A stretch of 64,000 bases of DNA from an uncultured delta proteobacterium. GTDB lineage: Bacteria > Myxococcota > Myxococcia > SLRQ01. This document shows, piece by piece, positions 41,399-64,000 of this stretch. The notes beneath the pieces were generated by a model. That model made no database searches. It had not been told where the DNA came from and saw only the letters and a program-made list of their open reading frames with translations. A program made the translations under genes and the position numbers. Positions within the stretch are counted from its first letter, which is position 1; each line of letters starts with the position of its first letter. The stretch is taken from the NCBI GenBank assembly GCA_963727485.1, contig CAVSGM010000011.1, positions 544,001-608,000 on the forward strand, in the 5' to 3' direction.

Positions 41399-41794
41399 AT
41401 GACGAACGCCAGATGGGTCGCGATCACCTACTTCCTCCTGGCCGTGCTCACCGGTCTGTTCCTGGAGCACGTGTCCGGCCAGATCTTCGCCGCCGTGGGG
41501 TGGAACGACATCCCCATCGTCGGTGACGCCTGGACGCTGACCACCTTCATCGGCTTCGGGATCTCCTTCGGCGCGACCATCCTCATCGTCATGAACAAGA
41601 CCGCGCGGACGGTGAGCCTGGAGGTGGTGCAGGAGATGCGGCGGGTCACCTGGCCCAGCCGCCACGACACTCAGTCGTCCACCATCGCGGTCCTGGTCAC
41701 CACCGTGATCCTGGCCCTCCTCCTGGGGGGCATGGACATGGGCTGGGCCAGCCTCTCCAAGATCATCTACGAGGCGCCGCGCTACCTGGGCTAG
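41399..41794 (+). CDS. secE: Preprotein translocase subunit SecE
   Basis: EMRRVTWPSRHDT motif; position before nusG. Confidence 0.9.
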   Translation: MTNARWVAITYFLLAVLTGLFLEHVSGQIFAAVGWNDIPIVGDAWTLTTFIGFGISFGATILIVMNKTARTVSLEVVQEMRRVTWPSRHDTQSSTIAVLVTTVILALLLGGMDMGWASLSKIIYEAPRYLG

Positions 41795-41806
41795 GGCACG
41801 GACGGG

Positions 41807-42385
41807 ATGACCGACGCAACCCCCAACGCCGCTGCCGGGAAGGACGCTATGGGCGAGAAGAAGTGGTACGTGGTCCACACGTACTCGGGCTACGAGAACA
41901 AGGCGAAGCGCTCCCTCGAGGAACGCATTCGCACCGAGAAGCTCGAGGACAAGTTCGAGGACGTGCTCATCCCCATGGAGAACGTGGTGGGCATGGTCCG
42001 CGGCGAGCGTCGGACCAGCAAGCGCAAGTTCTTCCCCGGCTACATGCTGGTGAAGATGGAGCTCGACGACCGCACCTGGCACCTGGTGAAGGACACCCCC
42101 AAGGTGACGGGCTTCGTGGGCAACGCCAAGAACCCGCCGCCGGTGCCCGAGATCGAGATCAAGAAGATCCTCAACCAGATGTCCGAGGGCGAGGAGCAGC
42201 CGAAGCCCAAGGTGGCCTTCGAGGACGGGGACGCGGTCCGGGTGGTCGACGGCCCGTTCTCCGGCTTCCAGGGCCACGTGGAGGAGGTCCGCCCCGACAA
42301 GGGGAAGCTGAAGGTCCTCCTTAGCATGTTCGGCCGCGACACCCCGGTCGAGCTCGACTTCATGCAGTGCGAGAAGACTTCCTGA
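41807..42385 (+). CDS. nusG: Transcription termination/antitermination factor NusG
   Basis: WYVVHTYSGYE, FFPGY, KOW GPFSGF, MFGRDTPVEL. Confidence 0.97.
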   Translation: MTDATPNAAAGKDAMGEKKWYVVHTYSGYENKAKRSLEERIRTEKLEDKFEDVLIPMENVVGMVRGERRTSKRKFFPGYMLVKMELDDRTWHLVKDTPKVTGFVGNAKNPPPVPEIEIKKILNQMSEGEEQPKPKVAFEDGDAVRVVDGPFSGFQGHVEEVRPDKGKLKVLLSMFGRDTPVELDFMQCEKTS

Positions 42386-42443
42386 ACCGCACGGGGGAGG
42401 GCGCCGAGAGGGCGTACCGCGAGCACCCCGATAGGAGCATCCA

Positions 42444-42869
42444 ATGAAGAAGGTCATCGCCCAGATCAAGCTGCAGTGCCCCGCCGGCAAGGCCAACCCC
42501 TCGCCTCCCGTGGGCCCGGCCCTGGGCCAGCACGGCGTCAACATCATGGAGTTCTGCAAGCAGTTCAACGCCGTGACCCAGCCGCAGGCCAAGGACGGTT
42601 ACATCATCCCCGTGGTGATCACCGTCTTCGCCGACCGGTCGTTCACGTTCATCACCAAGACCCCGCCCGCCTCGACCCTCCTCCTCAAGGCCGCCGGCCT
42701 GGAGAAGGGCGCGAGCAACCCCCGCAAGGAGACCGTGGGCAAGGTGACGATGGCGCAGGTCGAGGAGATCGCCAAGACCAAGATGCCCGACCTCACCGCC
42801 GCCGATCTCGACGCCGCGGTGCGGACCATCATGGGCACCGCCCGGTCGATGGGGATCGTCGTCGAGTAG
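42444..42869 (+). CDS. rplK: 50S ribosomal protein L11
   Basis: [18 protein letters not shown]. Confidence 0.98.
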   Translation: MKKVIAQIKLQCPAGKANPSPPVGPALGQHGVNIMEFCKQFNAVTQPQAKDGYIIPVVITVFADRSFTFITKTPPASTLLLKAAGLEKGASNPRKETVGKVTMAQVEEIAKTKMPDLTAADLDAAVRTIMGTARSMGIVVE

Positions 42870-42921
42870 ACAATTTGCGGGAGGCCCCGAGAGGGCCGCT
42901 GGGACCGCGAAGGAGAACAAG

Positions 42922-43623
42922 ATGGCTGGCAAGAAGCACACCGCCGCGGCGGACAAGATCGACCGGAACAAGCGCTACGAGCTCGAGGAGGCCCTCGGCC
43001 TGCTCAAGGGCGCCCACCACGTGAAGTTCGACGAGACCGTGGAGGTCTCCATCAACCTCGGCGTCGACCCCCGTCACGCCGACCAGATGGTCCGCGGCGC
43101 GGTCGTCCTCCCCCACGGGACCGGCAAGACCGTCCGGGTGGCCGTCTTCGCCAAGGGCGAGAAGGCCAAGGAGGCCGAGGAGGCCGGCGCCGACGTCGTG
43201 GGCGCCGAGGACCTCGCCGAGAAGATCCAGGGCGGCTGGCTCGACTTCGACAAGGCCGTGGCCACCCCGGACATGATGGCCGTGGTCGGCAAGCTCGGCC
43301 GGGTCCTCGGTCCCCGGGGCCTGATGCCGAACCCCAAGGTCGGCACCGTCACCATGGACGTGAAGAAGGCCGTGGAGGACGCCAAGGCCGGCAAGATCGA
43401 GTTCCGGGTGGAGAAGGCCGGCATCGTCCACGCCCCGGTGGGCAAGATCAGCTTCGACGACGAGAAGCTGAAGGCCAACATCATGATGCTCGTGGAGAGC
43501 ATCCTCAAGGCCAAGCCCTCCGCCGCCAAGGGCAACTACTTCCAGAAGATGACCCTGACCTCCACCATGGGGCCGGGCATCCCCCTCGACACCACGGTCC
43601 TCCAGGCCGCCCACGCCGACTAG
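42922..43623 (+). CDS. rplA: 50S ribosomal protein L1
   Basis: [21 protein letters not shown]. Confidence 0.98.
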   Translation: MAGKKHTAAADKIDRNKRYELEEALGLLKGAHHVKFDETVEVSINLGVDPRHADQMVRGAVVLPHGTGKTVRVAVFAKGEKAKEAEEAGADVVGAEDLAEKIQGGWLDFDKAVATPDMMAVVGKLGRVLGPRGLMPNPKVGTVTMDVKKAVEDAKAGKIEFRVEKAGIVHAPVGKISFDDEKLKANIMMLVESILKAKPSAAKGNYFQKMTLTSTMGPGIPLDTTVLQAAHAD

Positions 43624-43669
43624 GACTTGACGAGGGGAGTACCTTCCAGTTTTCCACAGCTTCATAGTC

Positions 43670-43830
43670 CTGGTCGAAGACGACCGGTCTCCCTGGCAGG
43701 CCCTCGGGCTCCAAGGGGAGGTAATCGGGAGCGAAGGCTCCCGGCCGGGCCAGACGAGGGCTTCGAGGTGGCTTCGCCCCTCGGGCCTTTCGGCCAGGGG
43801 GGCCACCTCGGGCGCCTCCGCTCCTCCTGC
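43670..43830 (+). promoter_or_regulatory. Putative L10 leader RNA (autoregulatory); boundaries approximate
   Basis: Structured ~290-nt rplA-rplJ gap containing GAAGAC-type leader start. Confidence 0.45.
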
Positions 43831-43912
43831 GAGGACGGCGGCGGGCCAAGGGGCCCGTCGCCGGATCCGGCACGCCGGGTCCGAGTCCCCGCAGGAAGGA
43901 GGTGAAACGCAA

Positions 43913-44431
43913 GTGACGCGAACCGAAAAAGAGCAGTTCATCGCCGACCTCCGAGAGAGGTTCAGCAAGGCAGAGCTGGCGTTTGCCGTGGCGTTCAGCG
44001 GGCTCGACGTGAGCACCGCGACCACGCTGCGCAAGCAGTTCCGCGATGGTGGGGTGGAGTACCGGGTGGTGAAGAACACCCTGGCAAAGCTCGCTACCGA
44101 GGGAACCGACTACGCCGCGCTCAACGAGCTTCTGATCGGGCCTACCGCCGTCGTCCTCGGCTACGAGGACGTGGTGGCTCCCGCCAAGATCCTCCACCAG
44201 TTCCTCAAGGATCACGAGGGCAAGCTGGAGGTGAAGGGTGGGGTGGTCCAGGGCAAGAAGGTGTCCGTGGCGGACATCGAGGCCCTGGCCAAGCTCCCCG
44301 GTCTCGACGAGCTCCGTGCCCAGCTGTTGGCGCTCTTCAATACCCCTGCCCAGACGCTTCTGCGCCTCACGAAGACCCCCAGCGAGCAGCTCGCACGGGT
44401 CCTCCAGGCCAAGTCCGAGCAGGAATCCTAA
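43913..44431 (+). CDS. rplJ: 50S ribosomal protein L10
   Basis: GGAGG RBS, VVKNTLAKLA, LAKLPGLDELRAQLL. Confidence 0.96.
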   Translation: MTRTEKEQFIADLRERFSKAELAFAVAFSGLDVSTATTLRKQFRDGGVEYRVVKNTLAKLATEGTDYAALNELLIGPTAVVLGYEDVVAPAKILHQFLKDHEGKLEVKGGVVQGKKVSVADIEALAKLPGLDELRAQLLALFNTPAQTLLRLTKTPSEQLARVLQAKSEQES

Positions 44432-44493
44432 TCTAGAACGAAACCCGAAAATCATGGCCCGGGAACAAACCCGGGTGCGTCAGGAGTATAGAC

Positions 44494-44865
44494 ATGGCCG
44501 ATCTGAACACGATTGCCGACCAGCTTTCCGGTCTCACCGTCATGGAGGCCGCCGAGCTCGTGAAGCTGCTCGAGGAGAAGTGGGGCGTCTCCGCCGCCGC
44601 GCCGGTGGCCATCGCCGCCGCCGGGGCTGCGCCCGCCGCCGCCGCCGAGGAGCAGACCGAGTTCGACGTGATCCTCAAGGCCCACGGCGAGAAGAAGATC
44701 AACGTGATCAAGGAAGTCCGCGCCATCACCGGTCTTGGCCTCAAGGAGGCCAAGGACCTGGTCGAGGGCGCTCCGAAGCCCGTCAAGGAGGGTGTCTCCA
44801 AGGACGAGGCCGAGGAGCTCAAGAAGAAGCTGACCGACGTCGGCGCCGAGGTCGAGATCAAGTAG
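44494..44865 (+). CDS. rplL: 50S ribosomal protein L7/L12
   Basis: [24 protein letters not shown]. Confidence 0.98.
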   Translation: MADLNTIADQLSGLTVMEAAELVKLLEEKWGVSAAAPVAIAAAGAAPAAAAEEQTEFDVILKAHGEKKINVIKEVRAITGLGLKEAKDLVEGAPKPVKEGVSKDEAEELKKKLTDVGAEVEIK

Positions 44866-44896
44866 TCGACCGGCAGTCACGCTGAAAGCCGTAACC

Positions 44897-44943
44897 GCGG
44901 CGGGGGGTCGGGGCCGAGTGCCCCGACCTCCCGCCCGCCTTTG
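44897..44943 (+). terminator. Hairpin/attenuator between rplL and rpoB
   Basis: GGGGGGTCGGGGC...GCCCCGACCTCCC stem then TTT. Confidence 0.5.
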
Positions 44944-44981
44944 CCGCAAGGCAACCCCCTCAAGTCCACGAGGCACCGCTG

Positions 44982-49168
<4,187 letters not shown>

Positions 49169-49239
49169 CCGCAGGCCCGTCGGCACATCGATTCCCAGCG
49201 CAATTTGCAACCGGCCTGATTCCAGGTCACCGAGGCAGA

Positions 49240-53383
<4,144 letters not shown>

Positions 53384-53506
53384 CGGCCGGGTCCCGCCCC
53401 AGGGCGGGGCGATCAGCAGCATAGGGCGTAGGCCCAAGCGGGCGATTTCACCGGGTCGCCAAGGTGCCGGATTCAGGCTGGCGCCCCGGGGCCCCGGGCA
53501 AAGGCC

Positions 53507-53535
53507 TTGACAGGCCCCCCGGGATCACGTAAATC
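53507..53535 (+). promoter_or_regulatory. Sigma70-type promoter of str operon
   Basis: TTGACA-N17-TAAATC. Confidence 0.55.
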
Positions 53536-53620
53536 GCCCGCTCGCTTCACGGGGCCCCGATCGACCCGGTCGGGGTCCCCTCGTTTTCCCGGCTTCACCC
53601 AGAACCCTTTCGGGAACACC

Positions 53621-53992
53621 ATGCCGACGATTCAGCAGCTCGTGAGAAACGGCCGCAAGCGCCTCAAGGCCAAGGAAAAGGCCCCGGCGCTCCAGGACTG
53701 CCCGCAGAAGCGGGGGGTCTGCACCCGCGTGGTCACCACCACCCCGAAGAAGCCGAACTCGGCGCTCCGGAAGGTTGCCCGTGTCCGCCTCACCAACGGG
53801 ATCGAGGTCACCTCCTATATCCCGGGCGAGGGGCACAACCTCCAGGAGCACTCGGTGGTGCTCATCCGCGGCGGCCGTGTGAAGGACCTCCCGGGCGTTC
53901 GCTACCACATCATCCGCGGCACCCTCGACGCGGTGGGCGTGCAGGCCCGCCGCCAGGGTCGCTCCAAGTACGGCGCCAAGCGGCCGAGCTAG
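53621..53992 (+). CDS. rpsL: 30S ribosomal protein S12
   Basis: [30 protein letters not shown]. Confidence 0.98.
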   Translation: MPTIQQLVRNGRKRLKAKEKAPALQDCPQKRGVCTRVVTTTPKKPNSALRKVARVRLTNGIEVTSYIPGEGHNLQEHSVVLIRGGRVKDLPGVRYHIIRGTLDAVGVQARRQGRSKYGAKRPS

Positions 53993-54007
53993 CACCGGAG
54001 AGAACCA

Positions 54008-54478
<471 letters not shown>

Positions 54479-54655
54479 CGAAGACTTTCGAAGAACCGTA
54501 GGACGGAGGCAGCAGAACCCCACCCCACCGAAGCTGGGTCCCGCCGGAAGCGGCGGTTGTTCTCTGACAACGGGGATGTGTGCAGGCGTCGAGACCCCCG
54601 GCTCGACCCCTAAGGTGGCCGTGTCCACTGCCAACCGGGCATTGAGGTAATCAAC

Positions 54656-56740
<2,085 letters not shown>

Positions 56741-56774
56741 TCAACTCCACCGGCATCCATCAGGAGAACGAGAG

Positions 56775-57965
<1,191 letters not shown>

Positions 57966-58019
57966 CACAGACACTGTGAAGGGGCGGCCAGGCCGCCTCT
58001 TCCCATGTCGGGGTAATCA

Positions 58020-58325
58020 ATGGCAACTCAGAGGATCAGGATTCGCCTCAAGGCATACGATCACAAGCTTCTCGACCAGTCGGCCGGGGAGATTGCCGAG
58101 ACGGCCAAGAAGACCGGTGCCCGCGTGGCGGGGCCGATCCCGCTGCCCACCAAGATCAACCGGTGGACGGTGCTTCGGTCACCTCACATCGACAAGAAGA
58201 GCCGTGAGCAGTTCGAGATTCGGACTCACAAGCGGCTCCTCGACATCCTGGAGCCCACCCAGCAGACGCTCGACGCCTTGATGAAGCTGGACCTGGCGGC
58301 GGGCGTGGACGTGGAGATCAAGTAG
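58020..58325 (+). CDS. rpsJ: 30S ribosomal protein S10
   Basis: [28 protein letters not shown]. Confidence 0.98.
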   Translation: MATQRIRIRLKAYDHKLLDQSAGEIAETAKKTGARVAGPIPLPTKINRWTVLRSPHIDKKSREQFEIRTHKRLLDILEPTQQTLDALMKLDLAAGVDVEIK

Positions 58326-58351
58326 TCCCCGGGTGGGACTTGGAGAGAGTC

Positions 58352-58975
58352 ATGGCGACGTTTGACGTCATCAACCTCGAAGGCAAGAAGGTCTCGTCCA
58401 TTGACCTCGACGACGCGGTGTTCGCGGCGCCGGTCAACGAGAACCTCTTCTACGAGGTCATCAAGTGGCAGCACGCCAAGGCGCGGCAGGGCACTCACAT
58501 GGTGCGCAACCGCTCCCTGGTCCGTGGCGGCGGGGCCAAGCCCTACAAGCAGAAGGGCACCGGTCGCGCCCGTCAGGGCTCCAACCGTGCGTCCCAGTGG
58601 GTCGGCGGCGGCCGGGCGATGCGCCCCAAGCCCCACTCCTACGACTACGCCCTCCCCAAGAAGGTTCGGAGGGGTGCGCTGCGCAGCGCGCTCTCCCTGC
58701 GGGCCAAGGAGGGGAAGCTGGTCATCCTCGAGGGCTTCGAGCTCAAGGAGATGAAGACCAAGGCCGCCAAGCAGGTGCTGGCCTCCGGTCTCGGCCTGGA
58801 GCGGGCGCTCATCGTCGAGGGCAAGGAGAACCGGAACGTCCATCGGTCGGTGCGGAACCTCCCCACCTTCCAGGTCCTGCCCCCCGAGGGGCTGAACCTC
58901 AAGGACGTCCTCCGCTTCGAGACCCTGGTCCTCACCGCCGGCACCGCCAAGCAGGTCGAGGAGGCGCTCCGATGA
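58352..58975 (+). CDS. rplD: 50S ribosomal protein L4
   Basis: [20 protein letters not shown]. Confidence 0.97.
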   Translation: MATFDVINLEGKKVSSIDLDDAVFAAPVNENLFYEVIKWQHAKARQGTHMVRNRSLVRGGGAKPYKQKGTGRARQGSNRASQWVGGGRAMRPKPHSYDYALPKKVRRGALRSALSLRAKEGKLVILEGFELKEMKTKAAKQVLASGLGLERALIVEGKENRNVHRSVRNLPTFQVLPPEGLNLKDVLRFETLVLTAGTAKQVEEALR

Positions 58976-59280
58976 AGCTGACCAACTACCAGATTCTCAA
59001 GCGGCCGCTGCTCACCGAGAAGCTCGACCTCCAGCGCGAGGCGAACAACGCCTACGCCTTCGAGGTGGACCGGCGGGCCAACAAGGTCGCCATCCGGAGC
59101 GCGGTCGAGCACCTCTTCGACGTGAAGGTGACCCAGGTCCGCACCCAGGTGATGCGCGGGAAGCCCAAGCGCATGGGGACGAACTTCGGTCGCAGGTCTT
59201 CCTGGAAGAAGGCCATCATCACCCTCAAGGAGGGCGACGCCATCGACTTCGTCGAGGGCGCGGCCGTCGACGCCGAGTAG
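58972..59280 (+). CDS. rplW: 50S ribosomal protein L23
   Basis: [24 protein letters not shown]. Confidence 0.96.
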   Translation: MKLTNYQILKRPLLTEKLDLQREANNAYAFEVDRRANKVAIRSAVEHLFDVKVTQVRTQVMRGKPKRMGTNFGRRSSWKKAIITLKEGDAIDFVEGAAVDAE

Positions 59281-59296
59281 GGCGGGATACAAAGCC

Positions 59297-60127
59297 ATGG
59301 CACTCAAGGAATACAAGCCGACGTCTCCGGCCCGCCGGGGCACCCAGGCCTTCGACTTCTCCGGGCTCTCCAAGAAGAAGCCGGAGAAGAAGCTCACCGA
59401 GCACAAGAAGCGCACCCACGGGCGCAACCACCACGGGCACATCACCGTTCGTCACCGTGGCGGCGGCGCCAAGCGCCGGATCCGGATCGTGGACTTCCGC
59501 CGGGACAAGCTCGACGTGCCCGCCAAGGTGGCGGCCCTCGAGTACGATCCCAACCGCACCGCGCGGCTGGCCCTGCTCCACTACGCCGACGGCGAGAAGC
59601 GCTACATCCTGGCGCCCATCGGCGTGGCGGTGGGCGACGAGGTCATCTCCGCGGAGCGCGCGGACGTCCGGCCGGGGAACAACCTGCCCCTGCAGAGCAT
59701 CCCCCTCGGCACCCAGATCCACAACATCGAGCTCAAGCCCGGGAAGGGTGGCCAGCTCGTCCGGGCCGGTGGCTCCTCGGCGCAGCTCCTCGCCAAGGAG
59801 GGCAAGTACGCCCTCCTCCGTATGCCCTCCGGGGAGACTCGGCGGGTGCTGGTGGTCTGCCGGGCCACCATCGGTCAGCTCTCCAACCCGGAGAACAACA
59901 TCGTCCGCGTGGGCAAGGCCGGCCGCAAGCGCTGGCTGGGCATCCGGCCCACCGTCCGCGGCGTGGTGATGAACCCGGTCGACCACCCCCACGGCGGTGG
60001 TGAGGGCCGGGCCGGGCAGGGCAATCCGCACCCGGTCTCTCCTTGGGGCTGGCACACCAAGGGCCAGAAGACCCGGACGAACAAGCGGACCAACAAGGAC
60101 ATCGTCAAGCGCCGCGGCGCCAAGTAG
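59297..60127 (+). CDS. rplB: 50S ribosomal protein L2
   Basis: [25 protein letters not shown]. Confidence 0.98.
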   Translation: MALKEYKPTSPARRGTQAFDFSGLSKKKPEKKLTEHKKRTHGRNHHGHITVRHRGGGAKRRIRIVDFRRDKLDVPAKVAALEYDPNRTARLALLHYADGEKRYILAPIGVAVGDEVISAERADVRPGNNLPLQSIPLGTQIHNIELKPGKGGQLVRAGGSSAQLLAKEGKYALLRMPSGETRRVLVVCRATIGQLSNPENNIVRVGKAGRKRWLGIRPTVRGVVMNPVDHPHGGGEGRAGQGNPHPVSPWGWHTKGQKTRTNKRTNKDIVKRRGAK

Positions 60128-60142
60128 CCGCGGGAGGAATCC

Positions 60143-60418
60143 ATGGCGCGTTCAGTCAAGAAGGGGCCGTTCATCGACGGCTATCTCTCGAAGAAGGTCG
60201 ACTCGATGGAGAAGGCGGGGAACCGCCGGGTCATCAAGACCTGGTCCCGCCGGTCGACCGTGGTGCCCGAGTTCGTGGGCCACACCTTCGCGGTGCACAA
60301 CGGGCGGAAGTTCATCCCGGTGTTCGTCACCGAGAACATGGTGGGCCACAAGCTGGGCGAGTTCGCCCCCACCCGCACCTTCGGCGGCCACGCGGCCGAC
60401 CGGAAGGCCAAGAGGTAG
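60143..60418 (+). CDS. rpsS: 30S ribosomal protein S19
   Basis: [19 protein letters not shown]. Confidence 0.98.
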   Translation: MARSVKKGPFIDGYLSKKVDSMEKAGNRRVIKTWSRRSTVVPEFVGHTFAVHNGRKFIPVFVTENMVGHKLGEFAPTRTFGGHAADRKAKR

Positions 60419-60427
60419 GTAGCGGCC

Positions 60428-60763
60428 ATGAAAGCCAACGCCAAGCTCATGAATCTGCGGCTCGCCCCCCGGAAGGTTCGGCTCGTCGCCGACCTGGTCC
60501 GCGGGAAGCCGGTCGGCCAGGCCGTCAACGAGCTCGCCTTCGCCCGCAAGCGGGCGGCGAAGCCGGTGGCCAAGCTCATCAAGAGCGCCGTGGCCAATGC
60601 GGTCCAGAAGGACCCCAACCTCGACGTCGACACCCTCCGGGTCGAGACGATCACCGTGGACCAGGGTCCCATCGGCTGGAAGATCCAGCCCCGGGCGATG
60701 GGCCGGGCCTACTGGATCGCCAAGAAGACCAGTCACATCACGGTCGTCGTCGCCGACGCCTAG
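60428..60763 (+). CDS. rplV: 50S ribosomal protein L22
   Basis: [21 protein letters not shown]. Confidence 0.97.
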   Translation: MKANAKLMNLRLAPRKVRLVADLVRGKPVGQAVNELAFARKRAAKPVAKLIKSAVANAVQKDPNLDVDTLRVETITVDQGPIGWKIQPRAMGRAYWIAKKTSHITVVVADA

Positions 60764-60786
60764 CCGAAGAACTACGGAGATACACG

Positions 60787-61470
<684 letters not shown>

Positions 61471-61479
61471 GAGCACGTC

Positions 61480-61899
61480 ATGCTTCAGCCATCTCGCACC
61501 AAGTATCGGAAGATGCAGAAGGGCCGCATGCGCGGCAAGGCCTACCGGGGCAGCGATCTCGCCTTCGGTGACTACGGCATCCAGGTCCTCGAGCCGGGCT
61601 GGATCACCCAGCGCCAGATCGAGGCGGCTCGTATCGCCATGACCCGCAAGGTCAAGCGCGGCGGGAAGCTCTGGATCCGGATGTTCCCCGACAAGCCCAT
61701 CACCAAGAAGCCCGCCGAGGTCCGGATGGGCAAGGGCAAGGGCGGCGTCGAGGGCTACGTGGTCGTGGTCAAGCCCGGCCGCATCATCTACGAGATGGAG
61801 CACCCCAACGAGCCCCTGGCGCTCGAGGCGCTCCGCCTGGCGCAGCACAAGCTGCCCCTTCGCACCCGCATCGTGAAGCGGTCCGAGGAGGTGTTCTGA
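61480..61899 (+). CDS. rplP: 50S ribosomal protein L16
   Basis: [18 protein letters not shown]. Confidence 0.98.
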   Translation: MLQPSRTKYRKMQKGRMRGKAYRGSDLAFGDYGIQVLEPGWITQRQIEAARIAMTRKVKRGGKLWIRMFPDKPITKKPAEVRMGKGKGGVEGYVVVVKPGRIIYEMEHPNEPLALEALRLAQHKLPLRTRIVKRSEEVF

Positions 61900-62115
61900 T
61901 GAAGGCCGGCGCCTTGAGGGAGCTCACCATCGAGGAGCTCAAGAGCCGCGAGAACGATCTCCGCAAGGAGATTCTTCGAGCTGCGGATCCGTCACAACAC
62001 CGGGGTGCTCGAGTCCACCGCCGAGCTGCGCAACCTCCGCCGGACCCTGGCGCGAGTGCTCACCGTGCAGACCCAGCTGTCGGCCAAGCAGACCCAGGAG
62101 CAGAACGATGCGTGA
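61899..62115 (+). CDS. rpmC: 50S ribosomal protein L29; +1 indel at ~61972
   Basis: [14 protein letters not shown]...; correcting GATTC to GATC gives EIFELRIR...[14 protein letters not shown]. Confidence 0.92.
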
Positions 62116-62371
62116 GCGCGGACATCGCAAGACCCGGATCGGCGTGGTCACCAGCAACAAGATGGACAAGACGGTCACCGTCGAGGTGTCGCGTCGGGTG
62201 AAGCACCCCAAGTACGGGAAGTACGTCAATCTCCGGAAGAAGTTCCACGCCCACGACGAGGAGAACACCTGCTCGATCGGGGACAAGGTGCGGATCACCG
62301 AGACCGCGCCCCAGTCCAAGACCAAGCGGTGGCGCGTCGTGGAGACCATCGAGAAGGCACCGCCGGTCTGA
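62108..62371 (+). CDS. rpsQ: 30S ribosomal protein S17
   Basis: [26 protein letters not shown]. Confidence 0.97.
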   Translation: MRERGHRKTRIGVVTSNKMDKTVTVEVSRRVKHPKYGKYVNLRKKFHAHDEENTCSIGDKVRITETAPQSKTKRWRVVETIEKAPPV

Positions 62372-62400
62372 CCGGGCGCGTTGCGTCGTAGGGAGAAGCC

Positions 62401-62769
62401 ATGATCCAGATGCTGACCGTGCTCGATGTCGCCGACAACTTAGGGGCCAAGAAGGTGATGTGCGTGAAGGTCCTGGGAGGCAGCAAGCGCAAGTACGCTT
62501 CTGTCGGTGACATCATCGTCGTCTCGGTGCGCGAGGCCGCTCCGAACGCCAAGGTCAAGAAGGGTGACGTCGCCCGGGCCGTGGTGGTACGTACCGCCAA
62601 GGAGCTCGGCCGGGACGACGGCAGCTACATCAAGTTCGACGACAACTCCGCGGTCCTGATCAACAAGGATCGCGAGCCCATCGGCACCCGGATCTTCGGG
62701 CCGGTGGCCCGTGAGCTGCGAGCGAAGAAGTTCATGCGCATCATCTCGCTCGCACCGGAGGTGCTCTGA
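62401..62769 (+). CDS. rplN: 50S ribosomal protein L14
   Basis: [20 protein letters not shown]. Confidence 0.98.
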   Translation: MIQMLTVLDVADNLGAKKVMCVKVLGGSKRKYASVGDIIVVSVREAAPNAKVKKGDVARAVVVRTAKELGRDDGSYIKFDDNSAVLINKDREPIGTRIFGPVARELRAKKFMRIISLAPEVL

Positions 62770-63095
62770 TGCCGGCCCTGCACATCAAGAAGGGTGATAC
62801 CGTCACCGCCCTCGCGGGCAAGGACAAGGGGAAGAAGGGCAAGGTCCTCGAGGTCATGCCCATCGCCGGGCGTGCCCGGGTCGAGGGGCTGATGACCGTC
62901 AAGCGGCACATGCGCAAGGGCGTCAGCCAGCGCGTGCCCGAAGGCGGGATCATCGAGAAGTTCGGCACCCTCCACATGTCCAACCTCATGCTCGTCTGCC
63001 CCAAGTGCGGCAAGGCCGCCAAGACCGGGCGCCGTGTCCTCGACAACGGCAAGCGGGTCCGGTTCTGCAAGAAGTGCAACGAGGTCATCGACTAG
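62769..63095 (+). CDS. rplX: 50S ribosomal protein L24
   Basis: IKKGDTV..GKDKGKKG, HMSN, CPKC..CKKC. Confidence 0.97.
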   Translation: MPALHIKKGDTVTALAGKDKGKKGKVLEVMPIAGRARVEGLMTVKRHMRKGVSQRVPEGGIIEKFGTLHMSNLMLVCPKCGKAAKTGRRVLDNGKRVRFCKKCNEVID

Positions 63096-63152
63096 GACCT
63101 CTAGAAGCTCCGTCCCCGTACTTGCCGGGGAGGACACGGAGCGGGAGCAACC

Positions 63153-63719
63153 ATGGCTACCGAGACTGACCAGATCCCCGAGCCGCGACTGCACGCCAAG
63201 TACAAGGCGGACGTGCTCCCCGCGCTCATGAAGGAGTTCGGCTGGAAGAACCCGATGCAGGTGCCTCGGGTTCGGAAGGTCGTCGTGAACATGGGCATGG
63301 GCGAGGCGTTGCAGAACGCCAAGCTCCTGGACTCGGCCATCGAGGAGCTCACCGCCCTCACCGGCCAGAAGCCGGTCCTCACCCGGGCCCGCAAGTCCAT
63401 CGCCAACTTCAAGCTCCGCGAGGGCCAGGCCATTGGGGCCATGGTGACCCTGCGGGAGAAGCGGATGTGGGAGTTCCTCGACCGCCTCATCGCCGTGGCC
63501 CTCCCCCGGGTCCGCGACTTCAAGGGTGTGTCCTCGAAGAGCTTCGACGGGGCCGGGAACTACACCCTCGGCGTCCGTGAGCAGATCATCTTTCCCGAGA
63601 TCGACTACGACAAGGTTCAGAAGGTGAAGGGCCTCAACATCACGGTGGTCACCACCGCGAACACCGACGAAGAGGCGCGGGCCCTGCTGCGTGCCCTCGG
63701 CATGCCCTTCCGGAACTAG
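63153..63719 (+). CDS. rplE: 50S ribosomal protein L5
   Basis: [28 protein letters not shown]. Confidence 0.98.
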   Translation: MATETDQIPEPRLHAKYKADVLPALMKEFGWKNPMQVPRVRKVVVNMGMGEALQNAKLLDSAIEELTALTGQKPVLTRARKSIANFKLREGQAIGAMVTLREKRMWEFLDRLIAVALPRVRDFKGVSSKSFDGAGNYTLGVREQIIFPEIDYDKVQKVKGLNITVVTTANTDEEARALLRALGMPFRN

Positions 63720-63731
63720 GAGAACGGACCA

Positions 63732-63917
63732 ATGGCCAAGAAGTCCAAGATTGCGCAGGCCAAGCGGAAGCCGAAGTTCGCGGTGCGCGCCTACAACCGG
63801 TGCCCCATCTGTGGGCGGCCCCGGGCGTTCATCCGCAAGTTCGAGATGTGCCGCATCTGCTTTCGCAAGCACGCCCTCCAGGGCGAAATCCCTGGCGTGG
63901 TGAAGTCCAGCTGGTAG
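63732..63917 (+). CDS. rpsN: 30S ribosomal protein S14 (zinc type Z)
   Basis: 61 aa, RCPICGR..MCRICFR. Confidence 0.97.
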   Translation: MAKKSKIAQAKRKPKFAVRAYNRCPICGRPRAFIRKFEMCRICFRKHALQGEIPGVVKSSW

Positions 63918-63975
63918 AAACCCCTTTTGGCGGACGGTCCCCGGAGCTCCGGGGATACCCCCGTCGGAGCGAAAC

Positions 63976-64000
63976 ATGAACGACCCCATCGCGGACATGC
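63976..64000 (+). CDS. rpsH: 30S ribosomal protein S8, 5' fragment
   Basis: MNDPIADM start after rpsN, GGAG RBS. Confidence 0.85.

Noticed and set aside
53721..53760. S12 RVVTTT in place of the usual RVYT as a resistance allele
   Set aside because: Streptomycin-associated lysines (PKK, RVKD) are intact; no basis for a phenotype.

Overview
Very GC-rich bacterial DNA, most likely Myxococcota (MYXO-CTERM-type sorting tails, eukaryote-like Ser/Thr kinase, ftsB next to a GAF-GAF-GGDEF gene). 1-39.2 kb is accessory, envelope and signalling DNA. It holds tRNA-Gln/Glu and a gltX-centred cluster of three matrixin-type metalloproteases with MYXO-CTERM tails, OB/TIMP-like partner domains, a CPBP intramembrane protease and a membrane kinase. 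It also holds dnaK, an ECF sigma/NrsF pair, a TerB-USP-adenylate cyclase-fur run, a compositionally distinct 3-gene gluzincin islet, tlpA-exbBD-ftsB-DGC-phoH, an Ig-repeat surface protein and rlmB. 39.3-64 kb is the core translation/transcription supercluster (4 tRNAs, tuf, rpmG, tRNA-Trp, secE, nusG, rplKAJL, rpoBC, rpsLG, fusA, tuf, S10 and the start of spc), with rplC absent. About a dozen small indels break genes, including essential rpoB and rpmC, so they are probably assembly errors; five sit at GATCT, suggesting DNA methylation. The most novel candidate is a matrixin polyprotein with an internal sorting signal and a second signal peptide that would release a putative TIMP-like partner, encoded next to a candidate processing protease. 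All calls are from motif recognition; no database searches were run.
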